A stretch of DNA of 61,534 bases, filler included, from Choristocarpus tenellus KU-1152 (GCA_964200185.2; 7 parts of 7 records of this genome joined end to end with filler, not necessarily neighbours in it), one strand, 5' to 3'; shown: positions 39,401-52,624, counted from the first letter of the whole stretch. Made by a program: numbers and translations. The notes: a model not told the origin generated them from the sequence alone.

Positions 39401-41286
39401 GTGTGGTAAGTCCTACAGATTGTACAAACTCCCTCCGGAGTTCTTAGTATCCATCACTATACTACAGAAACGTAGGAAACCTAATTGAAGTGTCAAGGCT
39501 TCAGTACAGAGTGGTGCTCGGGCTGGTCCTACATGGGACCCAAGGGAGGAGCTGGATTGACGAGCAGTGGGATGGCTGAGCAGAAGGCATGATAAGCACA
39601 ACACAGACGGAGGTAGTACAAGTAGTCCTAATTCTGCAGTTAATTATGGAAATACCTAGTAATTTGTATGAGAAGTTGTGCAGTGTGTGGAGCTTCTGGG
39701 TCTGGATTGTTCCTAGATAGACTATAGTGAAGAAAATGTATCAATATCTAGTAGGGTGTACAGTATCACCAAGAATATAGTATATCCTCTCAAAGCAGTT
39801 ACAAACCTGAACATTCAGTTAAGTCCAGTACACCCACGAACAAGGCATACAATCACTGCTAATACCAAGGATGGTATCCTAGGCAACCTAACACTCCGCA
39901 GGTACTGTCACAACATGTCTTTGGTGATTGCGACCACTTTGGTGTGGGCTAGCTGTCACTGCTTTGACCTCCCTAGTAAACCAGGACTTGGCTCCATCCT
40001 CAACGCACCTGCAGCATTGGTTCAGATCTTCTGGAAGTAACCTCACTGTTCCCCCGCCTGGCATGTTGAAACACTTAAGGTCATCTTAGAGGTACCATCA
40101 CCAGTCTTTTCCACTTTGGTTTTGTAGCTGCAAGTTCCTCAAACGTCAAGGTATTGGACAAGCAAGGTTCCCAATCCATCCCATGAAACCTGGAAAAACA
40201 GCCTCCCTTTGTGTAAGGGCACCTCAATACTCACGCACTCAGTTCTCACTACTGTTTCCCCCTATGACAGGGAGTGATCCACATGTTTCCACTTATGGAA
40301 ACCAATGCAACACTAGAAGACCTTGCGGTGCTGGATACAGGAGGGAGTAGAGGTGAGCCCTGAGTGTCCACAATATATGCAGTCATACAACAGGACCTCG
40401 AGCACCCCAATTTAATCTAGTCCCGACTTATAATGTACCCGGTACTGCAGAGTATGTTGACTTGGTGTAGTTCTTCTGTACCCTAGGGTGGGTGAGCTCA
40501 GCACTCATTGCAAGATTTTTTTTGGTCAAGCTTGGTTCAAAGCTTGCGCTATCCCATGCATAGAGTAGACAGAGCAACACATATTCTGTGCATAATGAAA
40601 TCCAGTTGATGCACTGTACATGAAAACACTCGTAATATAATGGAAGCACTGGACACAATATGCATCAAAGAGCAAGGTGGAGGCAGGAGAAAATCACAAT
40701 AGGATCATGCCTCAAGCTATGCACTTAGCATCTCTTATACAGAGGGCTCAGAACGTTAGCTTCTTTTAGCCATGTTATGCACCCTCTAAAAGTTCAAAAT
40801 TCACACACAGTAGCAGGCCTTGTTCATCTCTCTATCTGGCTGCTATCCTCTCCCTGGTTTGAGTCCGATAAACCCAAACTTTAAAAAGTCTACACAAAAC
40901 ATAGGGTCCACAAAGGCAATGGTGTGCCAGAAGAGCACGCTGGCCATTCCTGCCCCCATCCATCCCCCTCAAATACTGTACATACATTCACAAAAAAAAA
41001 CGAGCTACAGACTCCTGGATCTCAGCAGTCTCCATACTTATGCTGAGGGGGCGATAAAAAATAAACAGATTAAGTACTCCATACTTATTTACAAAGCAAC
41101 AAGACTATTGTGCCAGGCACACCCCAGCCACATTTGTCTCTCTACACAAGTAAAAACAGTTCATAATTTGGCACAGTACACAACAGTCAAACACGTGAGC
41201 AGCTGAATTTGGAGGGTGAATCCATCGGTGACCAAGATGGCACGCGTAAAACTCCTCTCCAATCAAATACCCAAGTTTCAAAGGAA

Positions 41287-42540
41287 TCAAAAGTCTTCAT
41301 CGAGGGTGAATAGTCCTATGCCTTGAGGCTCCTTTGGTCCAGCCTGGAGAGTAATCTCTCTGGGCTGTTGCCCCACTACAGTAACCCTCAACTTGATGGG
41401 CTTTGCTTGCTCTCTTTGCTCGCTCTGCTTCAGTTGCTCAATCTTGTGCTCACACAGCTGCGGAGTACGGTCATGGATATCAAACCAGACGGATAAGACA
41501 AAGCTACGGGTATTGAGGTCATGGAAAGAGAAACAACATGGTGCAACTGGCAATAATATTCGTCTTAGCGATGAGTTAAAATAAACGATCTCGGTAGACA
41601 CAAAATTTCAAGTAAACTAACTTCTTCCAGACTTTATACATATCGACAATAAACAGGTGAATCATTGATACCCAGGAGAGAAACCATATGCTGATTCGCA
41701 CATCAAAATTAGAACAGAGGACAGCCCTGATAAACAATCGACATGTATCACCTGTGCGAGCTCATCGATGGCAAAGAAGTCTGCCTCTTCCATTATTTCC
41801 TCGTATCTCCACGCCTCACTAAAGGATGGCAGGCTCGAGCAGCGGAGAAAATTCAGGACGTGGTGGAAGCGCTCGCCGTCTCGATCTATAAAGGCAAACC
41901 CATCAGAGTCAGTTGCTGAATTGAAGCCATTTGGTGCCTTGAACATTGATGCCAGCATCGAGTTCTGCTGCCGCATGATTGTTTGACGCGAAGTCAGAAA
42001 CTGTTTTCCCCTGCGAGTGATTGCGGCGAAAACGTGATGAGTTAATCAGACCTGGAACAGTATGTGAGACTTGGACAGGAGAACAAGAGCAAGTCTCAAC
42101 ATCGAGCATAGTTCACAGATCACACAGACCGTAGGGGAGAGAATAGCTCGCGACACAGCTACTGGCGGTTATAGAAATATATACTAAGAAGGAGAAGAAC
42201 GGGAAAATGACTATCCCAAAGAGTTATGGGGTGGGAATGTACAATTCAGAAGAGGAAGGCTTCATGAGGCGAGTCTACATTGAAGATAACAATGAGATAG
42301 AGAGGAGAGATGGTCGTATTCAATGGGAGTAGATGAGTGGAAGATAGATATTGCAAAAATATATAGACGTATACCACATAGAGACATGAGCATGGTCAAT
42401 TATGACCTAAAAAGGTCTCCGGACAATCGTCACACTATTAACTCCAAGACCCAAAACTCTTATCAGTGAAGAACGTACCCTACATTTAGGCGCAGTATTC
42501 CATCATCGCATGAGCCCTTTATTTCACAAACTTGAGTCAT
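41287..42540 (-). CDS. KCTD-type BTB/POZ (T1-like) domain protein, about 163 aa; exons 42479-42540, 41752-42010, 41287-41457
   Basis: Spliced ILRLNVGGKQFLTSRQTI...SMLASMF...AFIDRDGERFHHVLNFLR...EEADFFAIDEL is the canonical KCTD BTB pattern. The protein ends FTLDEDF. Confidence 0.93.
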
Positions 42541-43241
42541 TGCGTGGCACTGTTACCGTAACGGTCCACCTTCTGAGCGGCCTCACCGATTCCTTCTCCG
42601 CTTGGGGGTGTTGAATATGGACTTGTTTACTGAAGTCTACGTGTGCTGTAACTGCTCTTAGAGCTGGGTTTTGGTGCACATGAAAACAATTGCTCCTCCA
42701 GAGGAATTTGAGATTGGAAGTTAGGTTATTGTGGTAATCATGTTTTTATTTATAGAAATCATATTCTACCAGGTGAAAACGGTATATTTACTGTTATTCA
42801 TTTGACAATTTGAGAGTTCGCAACCAGTTTAGCGGTTAGGTGAACAAAATCGATTAGCAATGAGTTCCTACTGAAAGATCTACCAAAGATGCAAATAGTT
42901 TGACTTTTCGGTCCAAAACCAATATATATGTCCACCTATAGTGGTCAAAACTACACCATTCCACAATCCACCACCACAACAACGCCCCAAGACAATATAA
43001 GGTGTGCGGGAGAAGCAAGTGACCAAGGAAACGAGTTGGAACTTAGACGGTGTATTGATGACGGCCGTCGTCAAATATTTTAGCTATATCGTGTGACGGG
43101 GCGTCTGTCGGGAGAATAATAGTGAAGTTATTATTATGTCGGACTGATAAGAGTTGTATAGACAATATGCTGGTTTGAACCTTGACTTCCATTCCTTTTC
43201 CTCAGGCGTCCAACTTGTAGGGAGAGGGGACTGGGTTCCTG

Positions 43242-44134
43242 ATGGCAACTGCGAAGTTGACCGTCATGACGACCGTGGCGGCTGCTGTCTTCTCGACGCC
43301 GGCCACTGCCTTCGTCGCTCCATCAGCATTATCACAATTCGTAGCTTCGTCACCTGCACCTCGGGGGGTGCAACACTATTCTAGACCTCGAGGGCAATGT
43401 CTGCAGATGGTCGCACAACCTCCAGTCAAGCAGACCAAGGTTAGAATAGATTTCTCCAGCTCCATGAGCAAGTACGGGGTCTTAGTGGACTGACTTGAAG
43501 GTCACGACGATGTATGCTCCACTCATGAAAGGTCATTACGCTCATTAGAATTATTTTGGAGTGGTTCCAAGTTAGGGTAACCCTTGTTGCCATTTGGAAA
43601 GAGCGTGACTGCTCTTTACTCCCTCAAGGCAGCCTTTGCAGTTTTCGGTGTTACTGTCCTCGCCTTCGACCTACACTTTGCCCACATGTTTTCATACGAA
43701 TCTCCTTCATTAACGACAGTCGTGAAACTGGAAACCCAGCATGCGTGGACTATACGGGACCACATCTATATAATAAATCTTGCCGGCATTATTAATGGTG
43801 GCAACAATAACTCTAAGGGGTCTGATGTCAAACGCCCGAGACATCTCAGATACTACACTACTATTTGTTTCAAACTTTATGGGGCTAGCGTGTCACCTGT
43901 ATCCCATTAACAGCCGCAATACGGTGCGGAAGACTGACCCTCTAAACATGGTGCTTCAAACAGCTGGACAAAGTTAATCTCCTAAAGCAGAAGAGTCAAA
44001 ATCTACGGGAGCCACTTCGCACAGAAATGCAGACAGAGGAGATATTCATCAACCACGATGCCTACCAGATCCTTAAATTCCACGGTAGCTACATGCAGGA
44101 TGATCGGGATAAGAGAAAAAAGGGGGCAGAGAAG
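43242..44134 (+). CDS. sir: Plastid ferredoxin-dependent sulfite reductase, first two exons (43242-43439, 43964-44134), 3'-truncated
   Basis: Bipartite targeting peptide with ATA-FVAP cleavage motif. Exon 2 reads LDKVNLLKQKSQNLREPL...YQILKFHGSYMQDDRD, matching the sulfite reductase N-terminal KFHGSYxQ motif. Confidence 0.88.
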
Positions 44135-44591
44135 GTGAGCAACATCAAACGCACTAGCAGAGTTCAAGGTGGTAGTGAACAACAGGACCCCCCTTGAACT
44201 ATCTTGAGTGAGGTGAGGTTAGTGTGGGGTTCAATCAGGAGACTAATTTGCAACATCCAAGAGTTGTCCGCAATTCAGTGTGTGCGGCATAGTCTAGTGA
44301 CAGCAATGTTTCAGGATATGCCTGAAATCACAAGACAATCCATTCACCCACAACATTGCAGCAGGATCCTTTCAAGTTTTTGGCGTGGGTAACATGAATT
44401 TGTGGATGGGGTTGATGATCTTTGCTCACTCTTGTAGGTTACATGACACGCTCATAGAGCATGTGTGTGACTATTTGTATTTTTGTTGTCCGTTTTTTTA
44501 CAAGCGAACCCCCCCCCCCCCCCCCCCCCCCCCAACCAAAAAAAAAAAAAAACGACGGGGAGCCCCCACACCCCCAGAAGGGCGGCGGAGG

Positions 44592-44691
44592 NNNNNNNNN
44601 NNNNNNNNNNNNNNNNNNNNNNNNNNNNNNNNNNNTTAATTAATTAANNNNNNNNNNNNNNNNNNNNNNNNNNNNNNNNNNNNNNNNNNNN
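44592..44691. other. Artificial contig linker
   Basis: N44-TTAATTAATTAA-N44. Confidence 0.99.
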
Positions 44692-45035
44692 CCCCACAGC
44701 CACCCAAGAACATCAACAAATATTTTTGCATTGCAAAGTGAAAGTTTAAATTTAAATTTGCACAGGGCACACACACGGCATTGACCTCTGCGATCAGAGC
44801 TCAAAGGATACACACACACTCAAGAAAATAACCAATCAAATATGCCCCCTTGTATTTCAATGTAAATCAACTTCGAATCGTTGGACAAGAGGAATCCAAT
44901 TGTCCCAAAAATCACAGGACTATCATTAATCCCTGTCATTTGTAAATTCCTAATTCTACCACTGGAGCACACAACAGATATCTCATTGATCACTGATGAG
45001 GCCATTTTCTCATTCTCACATTCAGTTGGAGCAAA

Positions 45036-45293
45036 GAGTCAAATCATCTTAGAGGGTAGAGCCGCGTCCATTTGGAGGCCAAAATCCAATGTTGCGATTT
45101 TGATGTAATTTTGGCTCTCCTGTTTGTTAGGAAGTGTCAATATCCTTGTTCAAGACACACCTTTTCATAACGTATACATTTTACCTACTCCAAACCATTT
45201 TGAAGTATGGAAAACGTAAAACAAAACAGTGGGAAGCCAAGCCCCAAATGGACAAACAGGGCAAACCTCGTACCCTCTAAGATACTTTCACTC
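45036..45293. mobile_element. MITE family A copy 3 (258 bp)
   Basis: gagtcaaatcatcttagagggta ... taccctctaagatactttcactc. Flanks CAAA / AAA fit a 4-bp TSD with one base lost. Confidence 0.88.
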
Positions 45294-45894
45294 AAACGCC
45301 TTCATGCTTTTCTTTTTTTCTCTTTTGGATCTACATCATGCTTCAATGATAGAGCTCTACATAAGTAACATTACCTTGAACTTGGCAGTGTTCTCAAGGT
45401 TAGGGTATTATAGATGTACACACTTCAAACTTCTAGATAATATTAAGAGCAACTGTACTCCTATTCCGTTCTCAAGTTCTACACAACAACCAGGATCCAC
45501 ACCAAACATGAGTGAAAAAATATATATATGTACACAAAATAAAATAAAAAATCGAGCATCTTCCACACATACAATAGTTAAGTATGAGGCAGGGCAGACT
45601 GAACAGTCAGTACCAACCAACCCTAACCCTAACTCAAAGTTCAAGTAAATTTATCAATTTTCCTTCCCATTTCCACTGATACAATACAGTATGGGGGGGT
45701 ACCCTCCACACAAACACTTTCAAAAAAGTTCAAGTTCTCCCCCCCCCAAAAAAAGCCCGCTTGAAGAAAAATGAAGGGAGGGGGTAGGGGGGGGTTACAG
45801 GACAAAGACTTCAGTGGCTCCCAGAGTCAGAGATAGGGGGGAAATGACATAAAATGGAAGCAACTCAGGCAGAGAAGAACTTGTGTGAACTAGA

Positions 45895-46110
45895 GCTGAA
45901 GGTCGATACAGTGAACAATCAGTACACACACCAACCACTAGAGCTACTACCATTGTACAAGAACCAGGGCTGAAGGCGATACAGTGAACAATCAGTACAC
46001 ACAACAAACACTAGAGCTACTACCATTGTACAAGAACCAGGGCTGAAGGTCGATACAGTGAACAATCAGTACACACAACAAACACTAGAGCTACTAACCC
46101 TGTACAAGAA
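45895..46110. repeat. Minisatellite, 3 copies of about 74 bp
   Basis: Unit gctgaaggtcgatacagtgaacaatcagtacacacaacaaacactagagctactaccattgtacaagaaccagg at 45895, 45969 and 46042. Confidence 0.95.
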
Positions 46111-47201
46111 TGTGTGTAGCAACCACAGCAGGAGGAGAACATGATTGCATAGACCGAAAAGATAAGATCTATTATTTAAATGCACCTCCGCAGGAGCGAG
46201 TTATACATACACCAACATAACACTTAAGAGAAAAAAAAATCCACAGAGGACAGAATGATTGAACGAAGTCAGAGCACAAGGGTATGATTGTGATGCGCGC
46301 ATTCGGTGGGTAGAGCATGGGGTCACCTCTCAATGCACACACACAGGAAGAACAGAGTTTTGCCTTGAGTGCACACATCAAGGGGAAAGCAACTACCCTT
46401 CGACAGACAAAACTGAAAAGGCCATGAGCAAAGGACTTTCTCAAATGTGTAAATTGTATCCTTGATTACTAAAAAAGACTTATCACATCAAGACAAGACG
46501 GCAAAGTCCCCATCTGACAGAGTGCTCACATTATCACAAAGAGAGGGGTACAACAATATATTTTGTGTGGTAACACAACCAATATGGTTACAGCACTATT
46601 CCAAAGAGCCCACGTAATCCACCAGTGAACACAAAGAGGCAATCTAACTAAATTATGTACAGTCTTCTCAAATTCGAGAAATATATGGTAGCAATCTCCA
46701 GCGGTACCTTCAATTGCTCTGCAGTCTGCACCCCTACTGTAGGGTAATGACAGGTAACTGTAAGTGTTACCCCTTAAAAAGGAGCATAGTAAAATGCAAT
46801 CAAAAGTTCACAACTACTCAAAACAATACACTCCACAAATCAAACAAGCAGCAGCATGCTCAACAATAACTGCAAGATTTTCTAAAGGGCCTCAAGGGTC
46901 ATTGCATTGTGCTCTTAAGCTCAATAAAATGGCTAACCAGGATCGGGGCGTACTCTACAGACTGGTAAAACGCTCCTTTACGACTGCAGCAGGACCTTTC
47001 GTGATCAGTAGATGTAAGACTTTCAAGCGTACAAAAAATGGGGGGGCAAGGGCTGCTCTCATTTAGCTGTGCTTGTTTGCAGCTGTTCCAATCAAGAAAT
47101 GAAGCATTCCCATGCCTTGTTTTCAAGCCTCTAGAAATATCAACATGCCGTAACACAGTGTAATAGGATTTTCAACAGGAAAGGGGTAGGGGAAGGGGAG
47201 G

Positions 47202-48439
47202 TCAATCGAGCCGGACACCCTGGAAAGGTACCACATTAATGTCTATAGAGAATTCATTCAATCTGCATCGAAGGACTGGACTGCTGCGTGCCCACCGCTT
47301 GAACTCCTTCCGACTAAGACGGCCGTCTTTATCCTGATCGAACTCCTTCATCGTCCGCTCCGCATACGCTGCTGCATTCCGTCTGGACATGGCGCGGAAA
47401 TTTTCTGGATTGAGTTCTCCTGTGACTGTATCCCCCTTTTCAAGTGATCCTCCCGCGTGCCTGTCCCAGCTCCCAGAACCCCAGACTGCACGCTCCTGCT
47501 CCTGGATAAACTTCAAGAGTGTGGGGTACGCGGCTTCGGACGCGCAAGCCAAGACCGACGTCATGTCCTCCAGGGTTACCCATTTTCCTTTTCCATTGAG
47601 ATTGTATGCCTTGAAAGTCAACTTGAGCTTCTCGCTCTCAGGACCCTGCAGGGTGAATAATATAGGACACACCATGATGTTTGGAGTTGGATTATTGCAA
47701 TAGTTAATTCTCGCTAGCAGATTCAACTCGGAATGGCAACTGTTATTCACGGAGTTCACCAATCTCACCCTATATTGGTCTACAATGCGACATGCTTGGA
47801 AGTTCGAAAATGCAAACGATCTGTTGGGTTGTGTATTACTTCAAGTGAGTGCCGAACACTCTAGACAGGGGCCCAGATCGCACAAAATAGCATTCTCGTG
47901 GCGGTAATTCATTTTCCTCCATCGAACAAACAATTGTGAGTCTGACAAAAAGGGGGGACATGGAGAAGCTCACACTTCGGCATAATCAACCAAAATTCCC
48001 ACACCTTCAACAAATGGTTAAGCCCACAGACGAAGTCTTTGAATCCCAGGATACCGTCTCCGTCTGTATCGAAAATGGTAAATAATCGTGAACCGAAGTG
48101 ACCAACCACCTCAGATAAACCAAGAAGCCCCCCAAGCTCGCACGCTGCTAGGAACTGATGTCTTTGGATGCCCTGAGACATTGACCCATTGTTCTTGAGG
48201 CAGACGGTGGTTTCGAATGCTGTGCTTGCGCACGGAGCCACCATGGGCTTTTCTCCGAGAGTCTTGAAGAGCTCATAGAGTCCTCGGAGCTCACAAAAGG
48301 AAAATGACGTGACTCGGTATAGCTTCGCCCAGTCCAGAGTTGGCGAAACACTCAAACAAGCCTTGAGTTCGTTGCATTGCTTTTGACGGAACTTCCCCAT
48401 CCGCAAAGAACTGTATAGGGATCGATTGGATTGGGTCAT
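47202..48439 (-). CDS. EF-hand calcium sensor, NCS/recoverin or calcineurin-B-like, about 292 aa; exons 48005-48439 and 47202-47645 (an upstream exon is possible)
   Basis: Motifs TSFSFCELRGLYELF, RLFTIFDTDGDGILGFKDFVCGL, G..SEKLKLTFKAYNLNGKG and FDQDKDGRLSRKEF, with a phase-0 GT-AG intron. Confidence 0.9.
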
Positions 48440-49319
48440 CCTCCTTTTCCGTTCAATACTAGTTTTTACCCTTGCAGGGGCGTAGTAGGAATCAGACAAA
48501 TACTCAGAGATACACGACACCTTTGTAGTCAATACCTTACACACACAGGACAGATGATCCATCACTTATTGCGAAGTATGTAGCAAGTATTATTTTTTGA
48601 CAGGTTGAGAAATTGGAAGACTCAACTGTTCACGTTGTTGCATGCATCATGAGTCATGAGTCATCATGACCAAACAGTAAACCGTTTCTGTTCTACTTCG
48701 GAAACCCTATAACCAATAAATAAATATATCGAATATAAAGTATATGATCAAATAAATAAAATATTGATGTACTTTCGATAAATAGCCAGACTCTTACTAT
48801 TGTAGACCAAATCGAACTATTTGTAAGTACCACAAAAGATATGTAATGTCTTATAGTATTCTTATGTTTAGGACATTTTATATACACATATGTATATAGT
48901 TTTCATTGGTTTCCCCCTGACACATCTGCAAAATGTCAGAGGGCATAATAATTAAATAAAAGATATTTTATTATTATAAAAATACAACAGAAGTATATCA
49001 AATTATCTCCTTTCTACTTCGTGTGGTTGATATTAGTTAAGAACCAATTCACATACTGGTATTAGTACTACTGCTGTTACAAAATTCAATGCAAGATAAC
49101 CTACACATCCCGCTGTCGTTTGGACCTTCCACCCGACTTGTGTTTCTATATTCTGAGAAAGGAGAGAAATGGTGATAAATCAAGAAAAATGAGAACTGGT
49201 TTGTTTTCTACATTCCAAATTGCAGTGATGGTATCATCCCATCTTAGTCCCATCTCATCCTTCTTAATAATCCCATCTTTGTGTGTGTACCTCTGTACAT
49301 GGCATTATAAAATTGGGTA

Positions 49320-50790
49320 TTAGATCATGTAGTTGTTATACATGTAGGTTAGGTGGTAATCCGTCCGCACATTGTTGTGGGAGAGGATGGGTTGCAGCTC
49401 GGATTCCAAAAATGGTTCATTTCTCTCCACAGGAAAGTTGAAATAGGACATCGATAGACCACATGGGAAGAACTTGGTGTGTGTCACTATATTGCGTTGA
49501 GTTACAAAAAGGGAATCCCAGAAAGATCTGGATCCTGGTGGCAAAGATTTATTGAGACTTGAAGCATCACGCGGAGGAACGAATGATGGCATAGGTGAAC
49601 CCAAACATATCGAGGTACGCATAGGGCAGTGAAATTAGTTGCAGTGGAACAGGCACTTCGTACTTCGTTGGGTAGAAGAAATATTAGTCCTGTGTGCTCT
49701 ACCTTCTTTCCATGAGTGAACAGGTTAGGGTGGAGAAGTTCTATTAAAAAAATACTAGTACCATCGTTTGTTGATGTTATTGAACAGCAATATCATCATT
49801 ATTATTACTTCAGTGGAGGTGATAGAAGAAGATTAATGACAAATCCATATACAGTTGTCAATCGAAAGGAGTTAGAAGTTTTTGTGTATATCGGATCAAC
49901 AATTTCGATAAATCGATCTTCATTGAACTTTATCGTTCGCCGACTGCGTGAGGCGCGATTCGCGCGATCTAGCGCCGAGACCAATAAAACCCTCCCAAAT
50001 TGGAAAATATTTGACGTCGTCTTCATTTCCATGCTCCTTTTTAAAACTACATAGATGCACTTTGATGTGTTCCAAATAATACGAAGGAAGACAAGCTGTA
50101 CATAACCTGGGTCCAGAATGCTAGTCGTTTTTAGTTCGCAGTATCCCCAACTATTGAGAACATTCACTCTGAGTCTGCCTGTGTAGCAGGAATGACCAAA
50201 ATAATGCAGCGGGGAAGTTTTGCAGGGCACGGAAAATTCGAGTTCTTTTCCTCCACCACTTGAGCGGGTTATTGCAAGCTCCAACGCCCATATCAATTGT
50301 TTGGAGCCCACGTCGAAGGCATCAACCTCTCTGCGCGTGCCACTTCCTCCACATACTTCCTGACTGTGTTTCTGTTCAAATATCCCACCACCACAACCTG
50401 AACTCCTCCCACACATTGTTTGGAATAAAAGCTCTTACGAATCCCCTGTGTATTTATGGGAGGGCTGCCCCCGCCCAGATGGACAGTACGTTGACATAGA
50501 CTTTGTTCTACCACTGGGCTATTCTCTGCCTCCTGCATTCTATGTTCCTCGTCCACAATGCCTAGGGCTTCCAACTCCACCTGCCTACAAATGAATACAT
50601 CATGCTCAATCTCTTGAATCCCATGAGGTTCAGATAAGTAGCCGAGACTTGCTTCCCCTTAAACCCCCTGGGCAACCTGTTCTCATCCTCAAGGTACTGG
50701 GCAGTAATTCTCCCTGTCCGAAAATCGTTCACCAAATCGGGTAACATCACACTTGCGCACTGGTAAATAACATTTTTTGACATACACCTA
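49320..50790 (-). pseudogene. Intronless, frameshifted coding-like remnant of unknown origin (transposon or endogenous virus?)
   Basis: Overlapping minus-strand ORFs 50562-50783, 50293-50580, 49805-50416 and 49320-49622 relay one another in different frames. CpG is retained. No family recognised. Confidence 0.35.
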
Positions 50791-51020
50791 TTTGGGAGTA
50801 GTGACTTTCAAGGTACTGTAAGGTTGCAATGCAACTCCACTCATATCTACATAATGGACAATATATAGCACAGAAGGTGTTGCGTGCAATAGTTGTCAAC
50901 AGGTTTGATAGGTGACAGGTGATTTCTACACTTCATTCCTCCTAGAGGCATTTTTGTTACAGGCAAGTAACGCGAGTATTTCTTCCCGCGCTTTGACTGG
51001 CGCGAGCAGTATACGCGCGT

Positions 51021-51120
51021 NNNNNNNNNNNNNNNNNNNNNNNNNNNNNNNNNNNNNNNNNNNNTTAATTAATTAANNNNNNNNNNNNNNNNNNNNNNNN
51101 NNNNNNNNNNNNNNNNNNNN
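51021..51120. other. Artificial contig linker
   Basis: N44-TTAATTAATTAA-N44. Confidence 0.99.
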
Positions 51121-52336
51121 GTGTATCACGCTTACACTCAACCTGTTGCGCTTCTTGTGCTCTCTCCACACATCGAGAAGGATCTCCTCGAGTTCTTTTG
51201 TCTCTGGTGGAACATAGTGAGGGGAAGAGAGGGATGGGGTATGCTGGACCACCGACGGGGAATTATTATGGATATATGCGACGAAAGGTACGCGATACTT
51301 CACAATCGTTTCACGAATCGTTTCCTGTTGAAGGAGCCGTGAGAATCTCACCTTCTCCAACGCATATGTAGACAAGGGAGGCAATCGCGTTGAAGAATTG
51401 GACAGAGGTCTGGTCAGTGAGTCTATTCACACAGGCTTCCATATATGTGTCCTCCCAAGCTTCTTTGAGGAATGCCTTTCTCTTTGCAGCTACTCTCCTT
51501 TTCACAGCCGTCTGTAATGTGGCGTCGGCACTCTGGAAGTCTATGTCACCTAGACAGTACTGGTTGCACTTGGTGACCAGTGTCACCATGCGCGCGTGAT
51601 GATCAGGGTCCTCTTCCGTTTCCCGGACGTAGGGGTGGGACCTGTCGCAACTGAAGTCGCGCCTATACTCCAGGTTAGCGGGTACCCAAGACACCATCCA
51701 ATGGAATGTGTCTAGGATATTTGGCACGTGCGATCGGCTGGCTGCAACGCTCTTTCCTGTGGAGATTGATTCAACCTTCTCCCACCTGCAATGTGGATAT
51801 ATCTTCCACATGAAGCTCCTGTGGTTAGCCATTTGGAGGTTTGCTCCTACTTCCGAGGCCCATTGCGTTGTCAGATGGGCCGGGAGGTTGATACCACAAA
51901 GGGACGTTGTCCTCCTTGGCGACGCGCATAATTGCCCTCAACACCATAACACGGTGTTTTCCATTGAGACAAAAGAATAGATTGTCATTGTCCTCTATGT
52001 CTCTATCGTCGCCATTATGGTCCACGTCCAAGTTGTTATTGGTGATGTAATATTCAAACAGTTCCCTGTCTGGCACACTGGAGGGCAGGTTTGTCTGCGC
52101 ATCTCGGCTTCGATGTCACTTATGGTCTTCCATCTCGAGCACAGGGAAAAAGGCTGCCCACTCAGGATCCCCACGAGCCTATCGGCGGCGACCTGTGGGT
52201 CCGTCCCCAGCTTTGAGAACATAGATTCCACTCTAGCGTTGTCAAGAAGATTGGCATTTTGTATATCTGTTTCAAGAAGACAGATGTGGCGAGGTTTATC
52301 TAAGGAGTCTTTCAATAGGCATTCCAGTATTATCAT
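51121..52336 (-). pseudogene. Frameshifted intronless gene (about 400 codons) with a ParB/sulfiredoxin-like G-x-H-R motif
   Basis: Four overlapping minus-strand ORFs (51995-52336, 51825-52076, 51311-51832, 51121-51384) chain via frameshifts. FFCLNGKHRVMVLRAI resembles the ParB/Srx core hhhDGxHRhxA. Confidence 0.5.
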
Positions 52337-52624
52337 GTGTAGAATGAAGTGGAATTGATTTTTTTTGTTTGGGATATGTCAAAGGATGTTTTGAGATGGT
52401 ATTTTTCACTTGAAGTTCAAAGCAGGGGAATGTGTCAAGAATATGCCTTTTATTCATGTGTAAAATATGATTCTGTGGGAGAAACATTGAGTTGTTGAAG
52501 AATTGTTGGATAATGAAAATATTGTCCGCGGGTTATTATAGTATAACCGATAGTATGTCTTGGTTAGGTGACAATGAAAGTATTGTCCGCAGGGTATTTT
52601 AGTATAACGGACTGAATGACGGGT

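Noticed and set aside
38736-39488. 250-aa ORF (likewise the 199-aa ORF at 2047-2646)
   Set aside because: No domain motifs or splice context, and the composition is compatible with chance open frames in biased sequence.
45895-46110. Repeat array that could be mistaken for CRISPR
   Set aside because: The units are near-identical along their whole length with no unique spacers. There are no cas genes and the context is eukaryotic.
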